Positions 29,046 through 40,675 of a DNA stretch of 64,000 nucleotides are shown here, one piece after another. The position numbers and the translations under genes are program-made. The notes below the pieces were generated by a model. That model was not told the origin of the DNA, did not search any database, and saw only the letters and a list, made by a program, of their open reading frames with translations. How positions within the stretch are numbered: position 1 is the first letter of the stretch; the number at the start of each line of letters is the position of its first letter. The DNA is from Candidatus Latescibacterota bacterium (lineage in GTDB: Bacteria > Latescibacterota > UBA2968 > UBA8231): assembly GCA_965221775.1 (NCBI GenBank), contig CBDCSU010000006.1, positions 512,001 through 576,000 on the forward strand, in the 5' to 3' direction.

Positions 29046-30086
29046 TCATGCGAAGAGCCGGGTGATCTCTTCGACCTCGAACCTGGGCAGGTCGGCCAGG
29101 GCGCCGTCCGGGAGACGCAGGCGCAGGCCGAAGCCCGACTCCCGCGCCGTGCCGATGCGGGCGCAGGCGATGCCCTTCCCTTCCAGGGCGGCGGTCACCG
29201 TCCCCGCGGCCTCCGGATCGCAGCCGATGAGCAGGGCGCCCGAGGAGATCACGCCGAAGGGGTCCAGCCCGAACTCGGCGCACAGGCGCCGCGACTCGGC
29301 GCTCACCGGCAGGGCGCCGCCGTCGATCTCCAGCCCCACCTGCGAGGCCCCGGCCATCTCGGCCAGACCCGTGGCCACGCCGCCCTCGGTGGGGTCGTGC
29401 AGGGCGTGGACGCCCCCCGCCGCCAGGGCCGTCCGGGCGTCGGCGACGACGCTGATGCCGGGGTCGTCCAGGTAGCCGGCGCAGCGGTCGAGGCCGGCCT
29501 CCGTCCAGCCGCGGGACCGCAACTCGTCCCGCTTCTCGGCGGCGATGATCGCCGTGGCCTCGATGGCCATGCCCTTGGTCAGCAGCAGCGCGTCCCCCGG
29601 CCCCAGTCCGGAGGAGCGGACCACGCCGCCCCGGCGGACCTCGCCGAGCATCTGGCCCACCACGAGGGGCCGGTCCATCCCGAAGGAGACCTCGGTGTGG
29701 CCGCCGGCCACGGTCACGCCCAGCTCCCCGCAGGCCTGGTGGATCTGCCCCAGGATCTGCTCGAAGAGGGCGCGGGTGGCCAGCTCTTCGGGGACGATGA
29801 CCGAGGCCAGGAACCACTTCGGCACCGCCCCCATGGCGGCGATGTCGTTGGCGTTGACGTGGACGGCGTACCAGCCGATGCGGTCGGTGGCGAAGGTGAT
29901 GGGGTCGGTCTTGGCCACCAGGCAGCGGTCGCCGAAGTCGATGACGGCGGCGTCCTCGCCGACGCCGGGGGGCACCAGGAGGCGCGGGTCGTCGCCGCCG
30001 GCGTAGCGGCCGAGCAGTTCCTCCAGGACCGGCGCGGGCAGCTTGCCGGCGCCGAAGCGGCGCTCCCCCTCAGCGCCGGCCGCCAT
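29046..30086 (-). CDS. AIR synthase-related (HypE/ThiL-like) protein
   Basis: GEDAAV, KTDPITF, NANDIA, GGHTEV, HDPTEGG. Confidence 0.8.
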   Translation of the reverse strand: MAAGAEGERRFGAGKLPAPVLEELLGRYAGGDDPRLLVPPGVGEDAAVIDFGDRCLVAKTDPITFATDRIGWYAVHVNANDIAAMGAVPKWFLASVIVPEELATRALFEQILGQIHQACGELGVTVAGGHTEVSFGMDRPLVVGQMLGEVRRGGVVRSSGLGPGDALLLTKGMAIEATAIIAAEKRDELRSRGWTEAGLDRCAGYLDDPGISVVADARTALAAGGVHALHDPTEGGVATGLAEMAGASQVGLEIDGGALPVSAESRRLCAEFGLDPFGVISSGALLIGCDPEAAGTVTAALEGKGIACARIGTARESGFGLRLRLPDGALADLPRFEVEEITRLFA

Positions 30087-31614
30087 AGTGCTCGCACAGG
30101 GCCCGCGCGAGGGCGGGCACGCTGCTCTCGCCCGGCTGCACGGCCACCGTCAGGCCGAGGTCGGCCACCGCCCGCGCCGTGGTCGGGCCGATGGCGGCGA
30201 TGTCGAGGCGGCGCAGGTGCTCCAGGCCGGCCTCGCGGCCGCTGACGGCGAGGAAGTTGCGCACGCTGGAGGGGCTGGCGAAGACGGCGCAGTCGAGGCG
30301 GCCCCCGGTCAGGGCCTCGGGCAGCTGCACGGAGGCCGGGTCGGGGGGGCGGTTCTCGTAGGCCGTCACCCTCAGGACGAGGGCGCCGCGGCCGGCGAGG
30401 CTCTCGTCCAGCTCGGTGCGCCCGATGGAGGAGGCGGGCAGGAGGACCTCGGCGCCGGTGAGGTCGACGGCCTCGAAGGCGGCGGCCAGTCCGGCGGCGG
30501 AGTGGACCTCGGGCACGAGGTCCGGCTCGACGCCGCGCTCGCGCAGCAGCTGGCCGGTGGACAGGCCCACGGCGGCCACCCGGGCGCCGCCGTAGGCGCG
30601 CGAGTCCCGCCCCAGCCGGCGCAGGCGGTCGTGGAAGAACTCGACGGAGTTGGGACTGGTGAACACGATCCAGGCGAAGCCGGAGAGCCGCGACAGGGCG
30701 CCGTCGAGGGCGGTCCAGTCGTCGGGCGGGCCGATCTCCAGCAGCGGCAGCAGGTGCACCTCGGCGCCCTCCGACTCCAGCATCAGCCGCAGGGGGCCGG
30801 CCTGCTCGCGGCTGCGCGTGATCAGGATGCGGCGGCCGAAGAGGGGCCGCGACTCGAACCAGGAGAGGCGCCCCTGCAGGCCGACGACCTCGCCCACGAC
30901 GATCAGCGTCGGCGAGGACAGACCCGCGGCCTCGACCTGACCCGCAAGGCTCTCCAGGGTCCCCGTAACCGTCCGCTGCCGCGGCCAGGTGCCCCACTGG
31001 ATCGCCGCCGCCGGCGTCTCCGGCGCCCGCCCGCCGGCGGTCAGGGCCTCGCAGATGGCGCCGACCTTGCGGCTGCCCATGAAGACCACCAGGGTCCCCG
31101 GCACCTGGGCCAGCCGCGGCCAGTCGACGCCGGACTCCGGCTTGGACGGGTCCTCGTGGCCGGTTACCAGGACCGCCGCGGCGGCCAGGCCCCGGTGGGT
31201 CAGCGGGATGCCGGCGTAGGTCGGCGCGCCCGAGGCGGCGGAGACGCCGCAGACGACCTCGAAGGGCACCCCCGCCTCGGCCAGGGCCAGGGCCTCCTCG
31301 CCGCCGCGGCCGAAGATGTAGGGGTCGCCGCCCTTCAGGCGCACCACCCGGCGCCCGGCGCGGGCCTCGGCCACGAGCCGCTGGCTCAGCTCGTCCTGGC
31401 GGCGGGCGCTGCCGCCGCCGCGGTGCCCGGCGGCCACCCGCTCGCACCCCGGCCGGGTGTGCTCCAGCAGCCGCCGGTCGATCAGGTCGTCGTAGAACAC
31501 CACGTCCGCCTCCGCCAGGAGACGGGCGCCCTTGAGGGTCAGCAGGCCGGGGTCGCCGGGACCGCCGCCGACGATGTAGACGCGGCCCTCGACAGCCTCG
31601 GGGGGATGGTCCAC
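30070..31614 (-). CDS. cobA: Bifunctional uroporphyrinogen-III C-methyltransferase / synthase (CobA-HemD)
   Basis: GGGPGDPGLLTLKG, RLKGGDP.IFGRGGEE; then PLFGRRILITR, FTSPNSV, FASPSSV, IGPTT. Confidence 0.92.
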   Translation of the reverse strand: MDHPPEAVEGRVYIVGGGPGDPGLLTLKGARLLAEADVVFYDDLIDRRLLEHTRPGCERVAAGHRGGGSARRQDELSQRLVAEARAGRRVVRLKGGDPYIFGRGGEEALALAEAGVPFEVVCGVSAASGAPTYAGIPLTHRGLAAAAVLVTGHEDPSKPESGVDWPRLAQVPGTLVVFMGSRKVGAICEALTAGGRAPETPAAAIQWGTWPRQRTVTGTLESLAGQVEAAGLSSPTLIVVGEVVGLQGRLSWFESRPLFGRRILITRSREQAGPLRLMLESEGAEVHLLPLLEIGPPDDWTALDGALSRLSGFAWIVFTSPNSVEFFHDRLRRLGRDSRAYGGARVAAVGLSTGQLLRERGVEPDLVPEVHSAAGLAAAFEAVDLTGAEVLLPASSIGRTELDESLAGRGALVLRVTAYENRPPDPASVQLPEALTGGRLDCAVFASPSSVRNFLAVSGREAGLEHLRRLDIAAIGPTTARAVADLGLTVAVQPGESSVPALARALCEHYGGRR

Positions 31615-31624
31615 GGGGGCGGGC

Positions 31625-32554
31625 TCAGGCGGCGCAGGCCGACAGGATCGCCCGGCCGCCGGCGGCCTTGACGCGTTCGGCCAGGTCGGCGCCCAGCCGC
31701 TCGGCGGCCTCCAGGGGGCCGCGTACCGAGGCCCGGGTCGAGTCGCGGCCGTCGGGGCTCAGCACGGCGCCGTCGACGCGCAGCCCGCCCTCCCCGGGGC
31801 GGCCCCAGGCGGCGATGGGGGTGCCGCAGCCGCCGCCGAGACCGGCGAGGAAGGCGCGCTCGGCGGTGACCGCCGCCAGGGTCGGGGGGTGGCTGAGGGC
31901 GGCCACGAGGGCGGCGCGGCCGTCATCGGCGCGCATCTGCAGGCCGAGGGCGCCCTGGCCGGGGGCGGGCAACACGGTGAGGGGGTCGAGAAACCAGCTG
32001 ATCTCCTCCTCGCGGCCAAGGCGGCGCAGGCCGGCGGCGGCCAGGGCCACGGCGTCCACCTCCCCGGCGGCGACCTTGGCGAGGCGGGTGTCGACGTTGC
32101 CGCGCAGGTCGACGAAGGTCAGGTCGGGCCGGACCGCGCTCAGTTGCGCCCGGCGGCGGGCGCTGCCGGTGGCCACCGAAGCCCCCGGGGGCAGATCCTC
32201 CAGGCCGGCGCCGCCGCGGCTGACGAGGACGTCGCGCACGTCCTCGCGCGCGGGCACGGCGGCCAGCCGCAGGCGCGGCTCCATGGCGGTGGGCAGGTCC
32301 TTCAGGCTGTGGACGGCGAGGTCGACGCGGCCGTCGAGCAGGGCCCGCTCCAGCCCGGCGGTGAACACCCCCTGGCCGCCGATCTTCGACAGGGCCCGGC
32401 GGTCGACGTCGCCCTGGGTCCGCACGACCTGCACCCGCGTCGGCAGCTCGTCCCCGAAGCGCTCGGCCAGGGCGTCGCGCACGAGACCGGCCTGCCTCAT
32501 GGCCAGGGGACTGCCGCGGGTCCCGATGACGAGGGGTGATGCGTCGGAGGCCAT
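31625..32554 (-). CDS. hemC: Porphobilinogen deaminase
   Basis: GTRGSPLA, AVHSLKDLP, RGNVDTRL, PAPGQGAL, LGGGC. Confidence 0.95.
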   Translation of the reverse strand: MASDASPLVIGTRGSPLAMRQAGLVRDALAERFGDELPTRVQVVRTQGDVDRRALSKIGGQGVFTAGLERALLDGRVDLAVHSLKDLPTAMEPRLRLAAVPAREDVRDVLVSRGGAGLEDLPPGASVATGSARRRAQLSAVRPDLTFVDLRGNVDTRLAKVAAGEVDAVALAAAGLRRLGREEEISWFLDPLTVLPAPGQGALGLQMRADDGRAALVAALSHPPTLAAVTAERAFLAGLGGGCGTPIAAWGRPGEGGLRVDGAVLSPDGRDSTRASVRGPLEAAERLGADLAERVKAAGGRAILSACAA

Positions 32555-32572
32555 GCCCCGAATATAGGCGGC

Positions 32573-32616
32573 AAGAAAACAGGGGAGATCCCCGATGCTT
32601 GTGGGGACCTCCCCTG
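32573..32616 (-). terminator. Intrinsic terminator after glnA
   Basis: CAGGGGAG.TCCCC / GGGGA.CTCCCCTG stem followed by TTTTCTT on the minus strand. Confidence 0.7.
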
Positions 32617-32645
32617 GTGTCGACCCGCGGTGGGTGCGGGGTGTC

Positions 32646-34118
32646 TCAGACCATGTCGTAGTACAGGGCGAACTCGTACGGGTGCGGGCGCAGGCGGATG
32701 GCGTCGACCTCCTCCTCGCGCTTGTAATCGATCCACGCCTGGATCACGTCCTCGGTGAAGACGTCGCCCTTGAGCAGGAACTCGTGGTCCTCCTCCAGGG
32801 CCTGGATCGCCTCCTCCAGCGACGCCGGGGTCAGCGGCACGGAGCCGCGCTCCTCGGCCTCCAGGTCGTAGATGTCCTTATCCATCGGCTCGCCCGGATC
32901 GATCTTGTTCTGGATGCCGTCGAGGCCCGCCATGAGCATCGCCGACATGGCCAGGTAGATGTTGCAGCTCGGGTCGGGGCAGCGGAACTCGATGCGCTTG
33001 GCCTTGGGGCTGGCCGAGTACATGGGGATGCGCACCGCCGCCGAGCGGTTGCGCTGGCTGTAGGCCAGGTTGACGGGCGCCTCGTACCCGGGCACCAGGC
33101 GCCGGTAGGAGTTGGTCGTCGGGTTGGTGAAGGCCAGGATGGCGCGGGCGTGGCGCAGGATGCCGCCGATGTAGTAGAGGGCGGTGTCGCTCAGCCCGGC
33201 GTAGCCGTTGCCCGCGAACAGGGGGGTGCCGCCCTTCCACAGGCTCTGGTGGGTGTGCATCCCCGTGCCGTTGTCCTCGAAGAGGGGCTTGGGCATGAAA
33301 GTCGCCGTCTTGCCGTGCTTCCGGGCCACGTTCTTCACCACGTACTTGTAGATCATCATGCCGTCGCCGCATTCGACCATGGGGCAGTACTTGATGTCGA
33401 TCTCCCCCTGGCCGGCGGTGCCGACCTCGTGGTGCTGCAGCTCGATCTCGAGGCCGCAGTCGATCATGGTGAGGACCATCTCCGAGCGGATGTCCTGCAG
33501 CGTGTCGTGGGGCGGCACCGGGAAGTAGCCGCCCTTGTACGGCGGCTTGTAGCCCAGGTTGCCGGGCTCCTCGGCGGCGCCCGAGTTCCAGCGGCCCTCG
33601 ACGGAGTCGATGAAGTAGTACCCGGAGTGGGCGTTCTGGTCGTACTGGATGCTGTCGAAGACGAAGAACTCCGCCTCGGGGCCGAAGTAGGCCGTGTCGG
33701 CGATGCCCGTCCCCTTCAGGTAGGCGTCGGCCCGGCGGGCGACGTTGCGCGGGTCGCGGCCGTAGTCCTCGCGCGTGATCGGGTCGACGATGTCGCAGAT
33801 CAGCGACAGCGTCTTGTGCTGGGTGAAGGGGTCCATGAACGCCGTCGACGGGTCGGGCATGACCAGCATGTCCGACTCGTTGATCGCCTGCCAGCCGCGG
33901 ATGCTGGAGCCGTCGAAGCCGAGGCCGTCCTCGAACATGTCGGCCTCGAACTCGTTCACCGGGATCGAGAAGTGCTGCCAGGTGCCCGGGAAGTCGACGA
34001 ACTTGAAGTCGACCATCTGCACGCCGTCGCGCTTGGCCTGGGCGACGACGGACCGGCCCGAGGGGGCGCTCGGGGCGGCCGCCTTCTTCTTCTTTGCTGC
34101 GGTTTTCGTCTTTGCCAT
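32646..34118 (-). CDS. glnA: Glutamine synthetase type I
   Basis: [54 protein letters not shown] adenylylation Tyr; AGGAGG RBS. Confidence 0.97.
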   Translation of the reverse strand: MAKTKTAAKKKKAAAPSAPSGRSVVAQAKRDGVQMVDFKFVDFPGTWQHFSIPVNEFEADMFEDGLGFDGSSIRGWQAINESDMLVMPDPSTAFMDPFTQHKTLSLICDIVDPITREDYGRDPRNVARRADAYLKGTGIADTAYFGPEAEFFVFDSIQYDQNAHSGYYFIDSVEGRWNSGAAEEPGNLGYKPPYKGGYFPVPPHDTLQDIRSEMVLTMIDCGLEIELQHHEVGTAGQGEIDIKYCPMVECGDGMMIYKYVVKNVARKHGKTATFMPKPLFEDNGTGMHTHQSLWKGGTPLFAGNGYAGLSDTALYYIGGILRHARAILAFTNPTTNSYRRLVPGYEAPVNLAYSQRNRSAAVRIPMYSASPKAKRIEFRCPDPSCNIYLAMSAMLMAGLDGIQNKIDPGEPMDKDIYDLEAEERGSVPLTPASLEEAIQALEEDHEFLLKGDVFTEDVIQAWIDYKREEEVDAIRLRPHPYEFALYYDMV

Positions 34119-34241
34119 TCCTGTCCTCCTACAGGGGATTGAGCGGAAGGGTGTGTTTCGCGGGGAACCGGAAAACGATAGGGCTTCATCCCCGGGCGGG
34201 CCACCCGGAGCGGCGCGGCCCACCCGGGGAAAGCCGGGTCC

Positions 34242-34895
34242 TCAGAAGCTGCGTCCGAAGACCAGGAAGCTGGTCTCCGAGTCCGGGTTGAGGATGTACG
34301 AGGCGAAGTAGTCGCCGTCGGAGACGTCCAGGGAGACGCTCGCCACCCCCGGGTCGCCGTCGGTGGTGTAGGCGCCGTTGCCGGCGCCCACGGTGAGGCC
34401 GACCTCGACGTCGCCGGAGAGCGCCGCCAGGGGCAGGGAGGCCTCCACCCAGAAGGAGTCGTCGGCGTCGCCGAGGAAGTTGAAGGCCGCCATGACGCTG
34501 GCCATGCCCAGATCGACGCCGGCCGACGCCTCCAGGATGTGGATCCCGTCCTCGTCGGAGAAGTTGAAGAAGTCCCCGGGCGCCTTGACCGGGAAGTAGT
34601 AGTCGGTCACGGTGACGGAGAGCTGGCCGACCGAGTAGGAGACGTAGAGGTCGTTCTCGTTGGCGCCGCCGCCGCTGATCGCCCACGAGGACCAGGCGCC
34701 GATCTCGACGGCCTCCCTGGAGAAGGCGATGCCCGGCTGCACGCTGACGGCGTTGCCGAAGTCGGTGCCTCGCCAGACGTAGCGGCTGACCACGTCGGCG
34801 CCGATGCCGATCTCCGCCGGGGCGGCGGCGGGCCAACCCGCCGCGGCGATCGCGGCGGTAGCGGCGAGGGTGCGGGTGAGGGTACGCATGCGCAT
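34242..34895 (-). CDS. TorF/Gcw_chp-like outer-membrane beta-barrel (putative porin)
   Basis: Signal peptide; ADVVSRYVWRG.D, VQPG, GAWSS, ENDLY; terminal Phe; GGAGG RBS. Confidence 0.75.
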   Translation of the reverse strand: MRMRTLTRTLAATAAIAAAGWPAAAPAEIGIGADVVSRYVWRGTDFGNAVSVQPGIAFSREAVEIGAWSSWAISGGGANENDLYVSYSVGQLSVTVTDYYFPVKAPGDFFNFSDEDGIHILEASAGVDLGMASVMAAFNFLGDADDSFWVEASLPLAALSGDVEVGLTVGAGNGAYTTDGDPGVASVSLDVSDGDYFASYILNPDSETSFLVFGRSF

Positions 34896-34927
34896 GATGT
34901 CCGTTCCTCCCATTCGGTGGGGTGGGG

Positions 34928-35266
34928 CTACAGAGCGCTGTCCCCGGTCTCTCCGGTGCGCACCCTGACGGCTTCCTGCACGGGAACGACGAAGACCTTT
35001 CCGTCGCCGGTCTGGCCGGTCTTGGAGGCCTCGACGATGGCGTCCACGGCCTGCTGCCGGTCGACCTCCCGGACCGCCACCTCCACCTTGATCTTGGGGA
35101 CGAAGTCTAGGGTATATTCGGCGCCGCGGTAGACCTCGCGGTGTCCGCGCTGGCGGCCGAAGCCCCGGACCTCCAGCACCGAGAGGCCGGCGATGCCGAT
35201 CTCCGCCAGCGCCTGCTGCACCTTCTCCAGCGACGCGGGCCGCAGATACGCTTCGATCTTGACCAT
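34928..35266 (-). CDS. glnK: P-II nitrogen regulatory protein
   Basis: GFGRQRG, YRGAEY, PKIKVE, TG..GDGKVFV, RVRTGE; 112 aa; adjacent to amtB. Confidence 0.93.
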   Translation of the reverse strand: MVKIEAYLRPASLEKVQQALAEIGIAGLSVLEVRGFGRQRGHREVYRGAEYTLDFVPKIKVEVAVREVDRQQAVDAIVEASKTGQTGDGKVFVVPVQEAVRVRTGETGDSAL

Positions 35267-35290
35267 TTCTCTCTCTCCTCTGTCGCTGTG

Positions 35291-36631
35291 TCAGTTGGCG
35301 ATGTACTGGAAGTCGGCGTAGGCCGGCTGGCCGTGCTCGCCCAGGTCGAGCCCCTCGTCCTCCTCCTCGGCGCTCACGCGCAGGCCCAGGGTGTGCTTGA
35401 CCAGGGTGGCCAGGACGAAGGAGACGACGAAGGCGAAGACGGCATACGACAAGGTGCCGGCGATCTGGACGCCCACGGTGTGCTCCGGATTGGTGCTGAA
35501 GAGGCCCACGGCGACGGTGCCCCAGACGCCGCAGACGCCGTGCACGGAGATCGCGCCCACCGGGTCGTCGACGCGCAGGCGGTCGATGAGGACGATGGAG
35601 AACACGACGATCACGCCGGCGATGAGGCCGATGAGGATGGCCCCCGTCCAGGTCACCGAGTCGGCCCCCGCGGTGATGCCCACGAGGCCCGCCAGGATGC
35701 CGTTGAGGGCCATGGTGATGTCCGGCTTCTTCAGGTAGGCCATGGAGGTGAAGATCGAGGCCAGCCCCCCGGCGGCGGCGGCCAGCGAGGTGGTGACGAA
35801 GACCAGGGCGACGGCGCCCGGGTCGGCGCTGAGGACCGAGCCGCCGTTGAAGCCGAACCAGCCGAGCCACAGCAGGAAGACGCCGATCGTGGCCAGGGGC
35901 ATGCTGTGGCCGAGGATCGGCCGCACCTGGCCGTCGGCGGTGTACTTGCCGATGCGGGGCCCGAGGACGAGGACCGCCGCCAGGGCCGAGAACCCGCCGA
36001 AGGCGTGGACGATCGACGAGCCGGCGAAGTCGTAGAAGCCCATGGCGTCGAGCCAGCCGCCGCCCCACTTCCAGGAGCCGGCCACCGGGTAGCAGAAGGC
36101 GACGAGGATCGCGGCGTAGACCATGAAGCCGGTGAGCTTGACGCGCTCGGCCACGGCGCCGGAGACGATGGTGGCCGCGGTGGCGGCGAACATCGCCTGG
36201 AAGATGAAGTCGGCCCAGTAGGTGTAGTCGGCGTAGGCGGCGGTGAGGTTGGCCACCTCGTCGCTGAAGCCGATCGGCCCGAGGATCGCCAGGAAGCCGT
36301 TGAAGTCTCCGGGGTACATCGTGTTGAAGCCGGTGAGGGCGTAGGTGAGGATCCCGGCGCAGATGATGAACACGTTCTTGAAGAGGATGTTCACCGTGTT
36401 CTTCTGCCGCGTCAGGCCCGACTCCAGGGTGGCGAAGCCCAGGTGCATGACGAAGACGAGGGCCGCGGCGATCAGGATCCACAGGTTGTCGATCACGAAC
36501 TTCGGGTAGACCAGGGGCATGCCCCGGAACCCGTCCATGGACGTGATCTCCTGCGCGTGGGCAGGTGAGATGGCTGCGAGCAGGACCGCCGCGGGCAGCA
36601 GTCGCAGCAGGAGACGCCAGTGTTGGCGCAT
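35291..36631 (-). CDS. amtB: Ammonium transporter
   Basis: FQAMFAATAATIVSGAVAER, DFAGS.IVH, GWFGFNGGS, DDPVGAISVHG; GGAGG RBS. Confidence 0.96.
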   Translation of the reverse strand: MRQHWRLLLRLLPAAVLLAAISPAHAQEITSMDGFRGMPLVYPKFVIDNLWILIAAALVFVMHLGFATLESGLTRQKNTVNILFKNVFIICAGILTYALTGFNTMYPGDFNGFLAILGPIGFSDEVANLTAAYADYTYWADFIFQAMFAATAATIVSGAVAERVKLTGFMVYAAILVAFCYPVAGSWKWGGGWLDAMGFYDFAGSSIVHAFGGFSALAAVLVLGPRIGKYTADGQVRPILGHSMPLATIGVFLLWLGWFGFNGGSVLSADPGAVALVFVTTSLAAAAGGLASIFTSMAYLKKPDITMALNGILAGLVGITAGADSVTWTGAILIGLIAGVIVVFSIVLIDRLRVDDPVGAISVHGVCGVWGTVAVGLFSTNPEHTVGVQIAGTLSYAVFAFVVSFVLATLVKHTLGLRVSAEEEDEGLDLGEHGQPAYADFQYIAN

Positions 36632-36679
36632 GGCCGTTCTTCCTCCGTGGGGGGTGAGAGGCTGTCGGCTCGGGTCTGT

Positions 36680-36696
36680 AGCAACCCTGGTACCAG
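36680..36696 (-). promoter_or_regulatory. Sigma54 -24/-12 promoter of amtB-glnK
   Basis: Minus strand CTGGTAC-CAGGG-TTGCT matches TGGCAC-N5-TTGC(A/T) with one mismatch. Confidence 0.8.
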
Positions 36697-36788
36697 CACC
36701 AGGGGACAACCCCTGAATCCCCTCCCAAGAGGCTGTTTTTACTCGATTTGCAGGATTCTGGAGCGCGGGTTTCCCAGAGGAAGAATGA

Positions 36789-36828
36789 GACAATTTCGTC
36801 TTTTTGCAGTTGAACTGCGACGAATTTG

Positions 36829-36830
<2 letters not shown>
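36789..36830. promoter_or_regulatory. Paired palindromic upstream activator sites
   Basis: GACAATTTCGTC (36789) and GACGAATTTGTC (36819), 30 bp apart, about 95-135 bp upstream of the -24 box. Confidence 0.65.
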
Positions 36831-38400
<1,570 letters not shown>

Positions 38401-38420
38401 CACCTCCGATGGAGGAAGGG

Positions 38421-38462
38421 AACAAAAATGTCTCTTGTTGAAACCAAAAAGACAAATATGTC
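38421..38462. promoter_or_regulatory. Paired palindromic sites upstream of the activator gene (autoregulation candidate)
   Basis: AACAAAAATGTC (38421) and GACAAATATGTC (38451), 30 bp apart; same motif as 36789-36830. Confidence 0.65.
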
Positions 38463-38566
38463 TCCATGAATCTGGCCGTCAAGGCCCGCTCCCTGCCGGC
38501 CGGCCCCCGATCGCCGGACACGCGCGCCGGCCGGCCGTGGGCCCCCGGACCCCGCGGGCGGCTCGA

Positions 38567-38595
38567 TTGACACTGGCCGGGGGCCGGGGTAACCT
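38567..38595 (+). promoter_or_regulatory. Sigma70-type promoter
   Basis: TTGACA-N17-TAACCT, 27 bp before the ATG at 38623. Confidence 0.65.
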
Positions 38596-38622
38596 AGCCC
38601 GCCCCCGAAGAGACGAACCGCC

Positions 38623-39387
38623 ATGAGCGCAGACATCACCCAACTGCTCGACGCCTGGGCCTACGATCCCGAGTCGAACGTGCGCAAGATCAAGGGCGCC
38701 GACGGCGTCGCCAAGATCCAGGTGCGCGTCGACCAGGGCGCCTTCCAGGGCATCCTCCAGCTCAACCTCGACGGCCGTCCCGACGGCCGGCGGCCCCACG
38801 ACCACGACTTCGCCCTCGATCACTACACGGCCGCCCTGGAGGACCACCGCGCCAGCCACGGGGGCAGCGACCGGGACTTCCACCTCGACCGGGAGGTCTG
38901 CAAGGAGCTCTTCGACGAGAGTTCCCGCATCTACGGTCGCTACGTCTTCCTGCTGCAGATCAAGGAGTACCAGCGCGTCGTCCGCGACACCGAGCGCAAC
39001 ATGGCCCTGTTCCGCTTCGTCAACCGCTACGCGTCCCACGAGGACGACCGCAACAACCTCGAGAAGTGGTGGCCCTACGTCCTGCGCATCGACGCCACGG
39101 CGCGGGCCATGCTCGCCGTCGAGGAGGACGACTTCGACCACGCCATCGGCCGCCTGAACAAGGCGCGCCAGAGCATCGAAGAGCTCGATGACGTGGACGC
39201 CGAGGAGTTCCACGCCGAGCGCGAGCGCTCCCTCCAGGCTATCGACGAGCTGGTGAAGGAGCTCACCGGGCGGCGGCCCCTCAGCGAGAAGGAGCGCCTC
39301 CGCCAGGAGCTGGAGACGGCCGTCTCCCGCGAGGAGTTCGAGCGCGCCGCCGAGCTCCGCGACCAGCTCAACCAGCTCGACGATTGA
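38623..39387 (+). CDS. UvrB/UvrC-motif-containing conserved protein
   Basis: C-terminal LETAVSREEFERAAELRDQL; DGRPDGRRPH and VRDTERN motifs. Confidence 0.8.
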   Translation: MSADITQLLDAWAYDPESNVRKIKGADGVAKIQVRVDQGAFQGILQLNLDGRPDGRRPHDHDFALDHYTAALEDHRASHGGSDRDFHLDREVCKELFDESSRIYGRYVFLLQIKEYQRVVRDTERNMALFRFVNRYASHEDDRNNLEKWWPYVLRIDATARAMLAVEEDDFDHAIGRLNKARQSIEELDDVDAEEFHAERERSLQAIDELVKELTGRRPLSEKERLRQELETAVSREEFERAAELRDQLNQLDD

Positions 39388-40670
39388 CCGCCCCCGAGGC
39401 ACCTCCCGCGGCCGCCGCGGCGGCGCCGGCCTGGTACCGCCGGCTGCACTGGCAGGTGGCCCTGGCCATGGTCCTGGGCACCCTCGCCGGCCTCGCCGGG
39501 GGCGAGCCCCTGGCCGCGGAGCTGGGGTGGATCGGGCAGCTCTTCATACAGCTCCTCAAGATGGTCATCGTGCCCCTGGTCCTCGCCTCGATCATCTCCG
39601 GCGTCGCCTCGGTGGGCGGCGCCGGCCTGGGGCGGCTCTTCGGCAAGACCCTGGGCTACTACCTGGCCACCAGCTTCCTCGCCGTCCTCACCGGGCTGGT
39701 CCTGGTCAACCTGATCAGGCCCGGCGCCGGCGCCGACCTCGGCGGCGCCGAGACCCGGCAGCTGCCCGACCTCACGGTGGTGACCTCCCCCGTCGACCTC
39801 CTCCTCGACATCGTCCCCGTCAACATCGTCGACGCCGCCTCCGAGGCGAAGATGCTCTCCATCATCTTCTTCGCCATCCTCGTGGGCCTCAGCATCGCCG
39901 GCCTGCCGCCCCGCCACCGCGACCCCCTGACCGGTCTCGCCGCCGCCGCCTTCCAGGCGATGATGCGCCTCACCTCGGGGATCATCCGCTGGGTGGCGCC
40001 GATCGGCGTGTTCTCCCTCATCCTCACCCTCGTGGGGACCACGGGACTGGGCTCCTTCAAGGCCCTGGGCCTCTACGCCCTGGTCCTGTGCCTGGGGCTG
40101 ACCTTCCACCTCTTCGTGGCGCTGCCCCTGGTGCTGCGGATGATCCTCGGCGGCATCGATCCGCGGATCCACTTCCGCAACATGGTGCAGCCCATGTGCA
40201 TGGCCTTCTCCACCAGCTCCTCGGGGGCGACCCTGCCGGTGACGATCGACGCCGTGGAGCGCAAGGTCGGCGTCTCCAACCGCGTGACCTCCTTCGTGCT
40301 GCCCATGGGCGCCACCGTCAACATGGACGGCACCGCCCTCTACGAGTGCGCCGGGGTGCTGTTCATCGCCCAGGTGATGGGGGTGGCCATGGGCCTGGAG
40401 CAGCAGGCGCTGATCGTGGTCACCGCCCTGCTCGCCTCCATCGGCGCCGCAGCGGTGCCCTCGGCCGGCCTGGTGATGATCTTCATCGTCCTCGAGGCGG
40501 TGAACCTCACGGGGCCGCAGGTGGCCCTCATCGTGGGGGCCATGCTCGCCATCGACCGGCCCCTGGACATGTACCGCACCGTGGTCAACGTCTTCAGCGA
40601 CTCCTGCGGCGCCGCCGTCATCGCCCGCTCCGAGGGCGAGACAGCCGTCGACACGGTGGCGCGGGACTGA
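39384..40670 (+). CDS. Dicarboxylate/amino acid:cation symporter (DAACS, GltP-like)
   Basis: LLKMVIVPL, AFSTSSSGATLP, GATVNMDGTALY, DMYRTVVNV. Confidence 0.92.
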   Translation: MTAPEAPPAAAAAAPAWYRRLHWQVALAMVLGTLAGLAGGEPLAAELGWIGQLFIQLLKMVIVPLVLASIISGVASVGGAGLGRLFGKTLGYYLATSFLAVLTGLVLVNLIRPGAGADLGGAETRQLPDLTVVTSPVDLLLDIVPVNIVDAASEAKMLSIIFFAILVGLSIAGLPPRHRDPLTGLAAAAFQAMMRLTSGIIRWVAPIGVFSLILTLVGTTGLGSFKALGLYALVLCLGLTFHLFVALPLVLRMILGGIDPRIHFRNMVQPMCMAFSTSSSGATLPVTIDAVERKVGVSNRVTSFVLPMGATVNMDGTALYECAGVLFIAQVMGVAMGLEQQALIVVTALLASIGAAAVPSAGLVMIFIVLEAVNLTGPQVALIVGAMLAIDRPLDMYRTVVNVFSDSCGAAVIARSEGETAVDTVARD

Positions 40671-40675
40671 TCCCC

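Noticed and set aside
29046-30086. hypE hydrogenase maturation gene
   Set aside because: Lacks the C-terminal PRIC cysteine; no hydrogenase context
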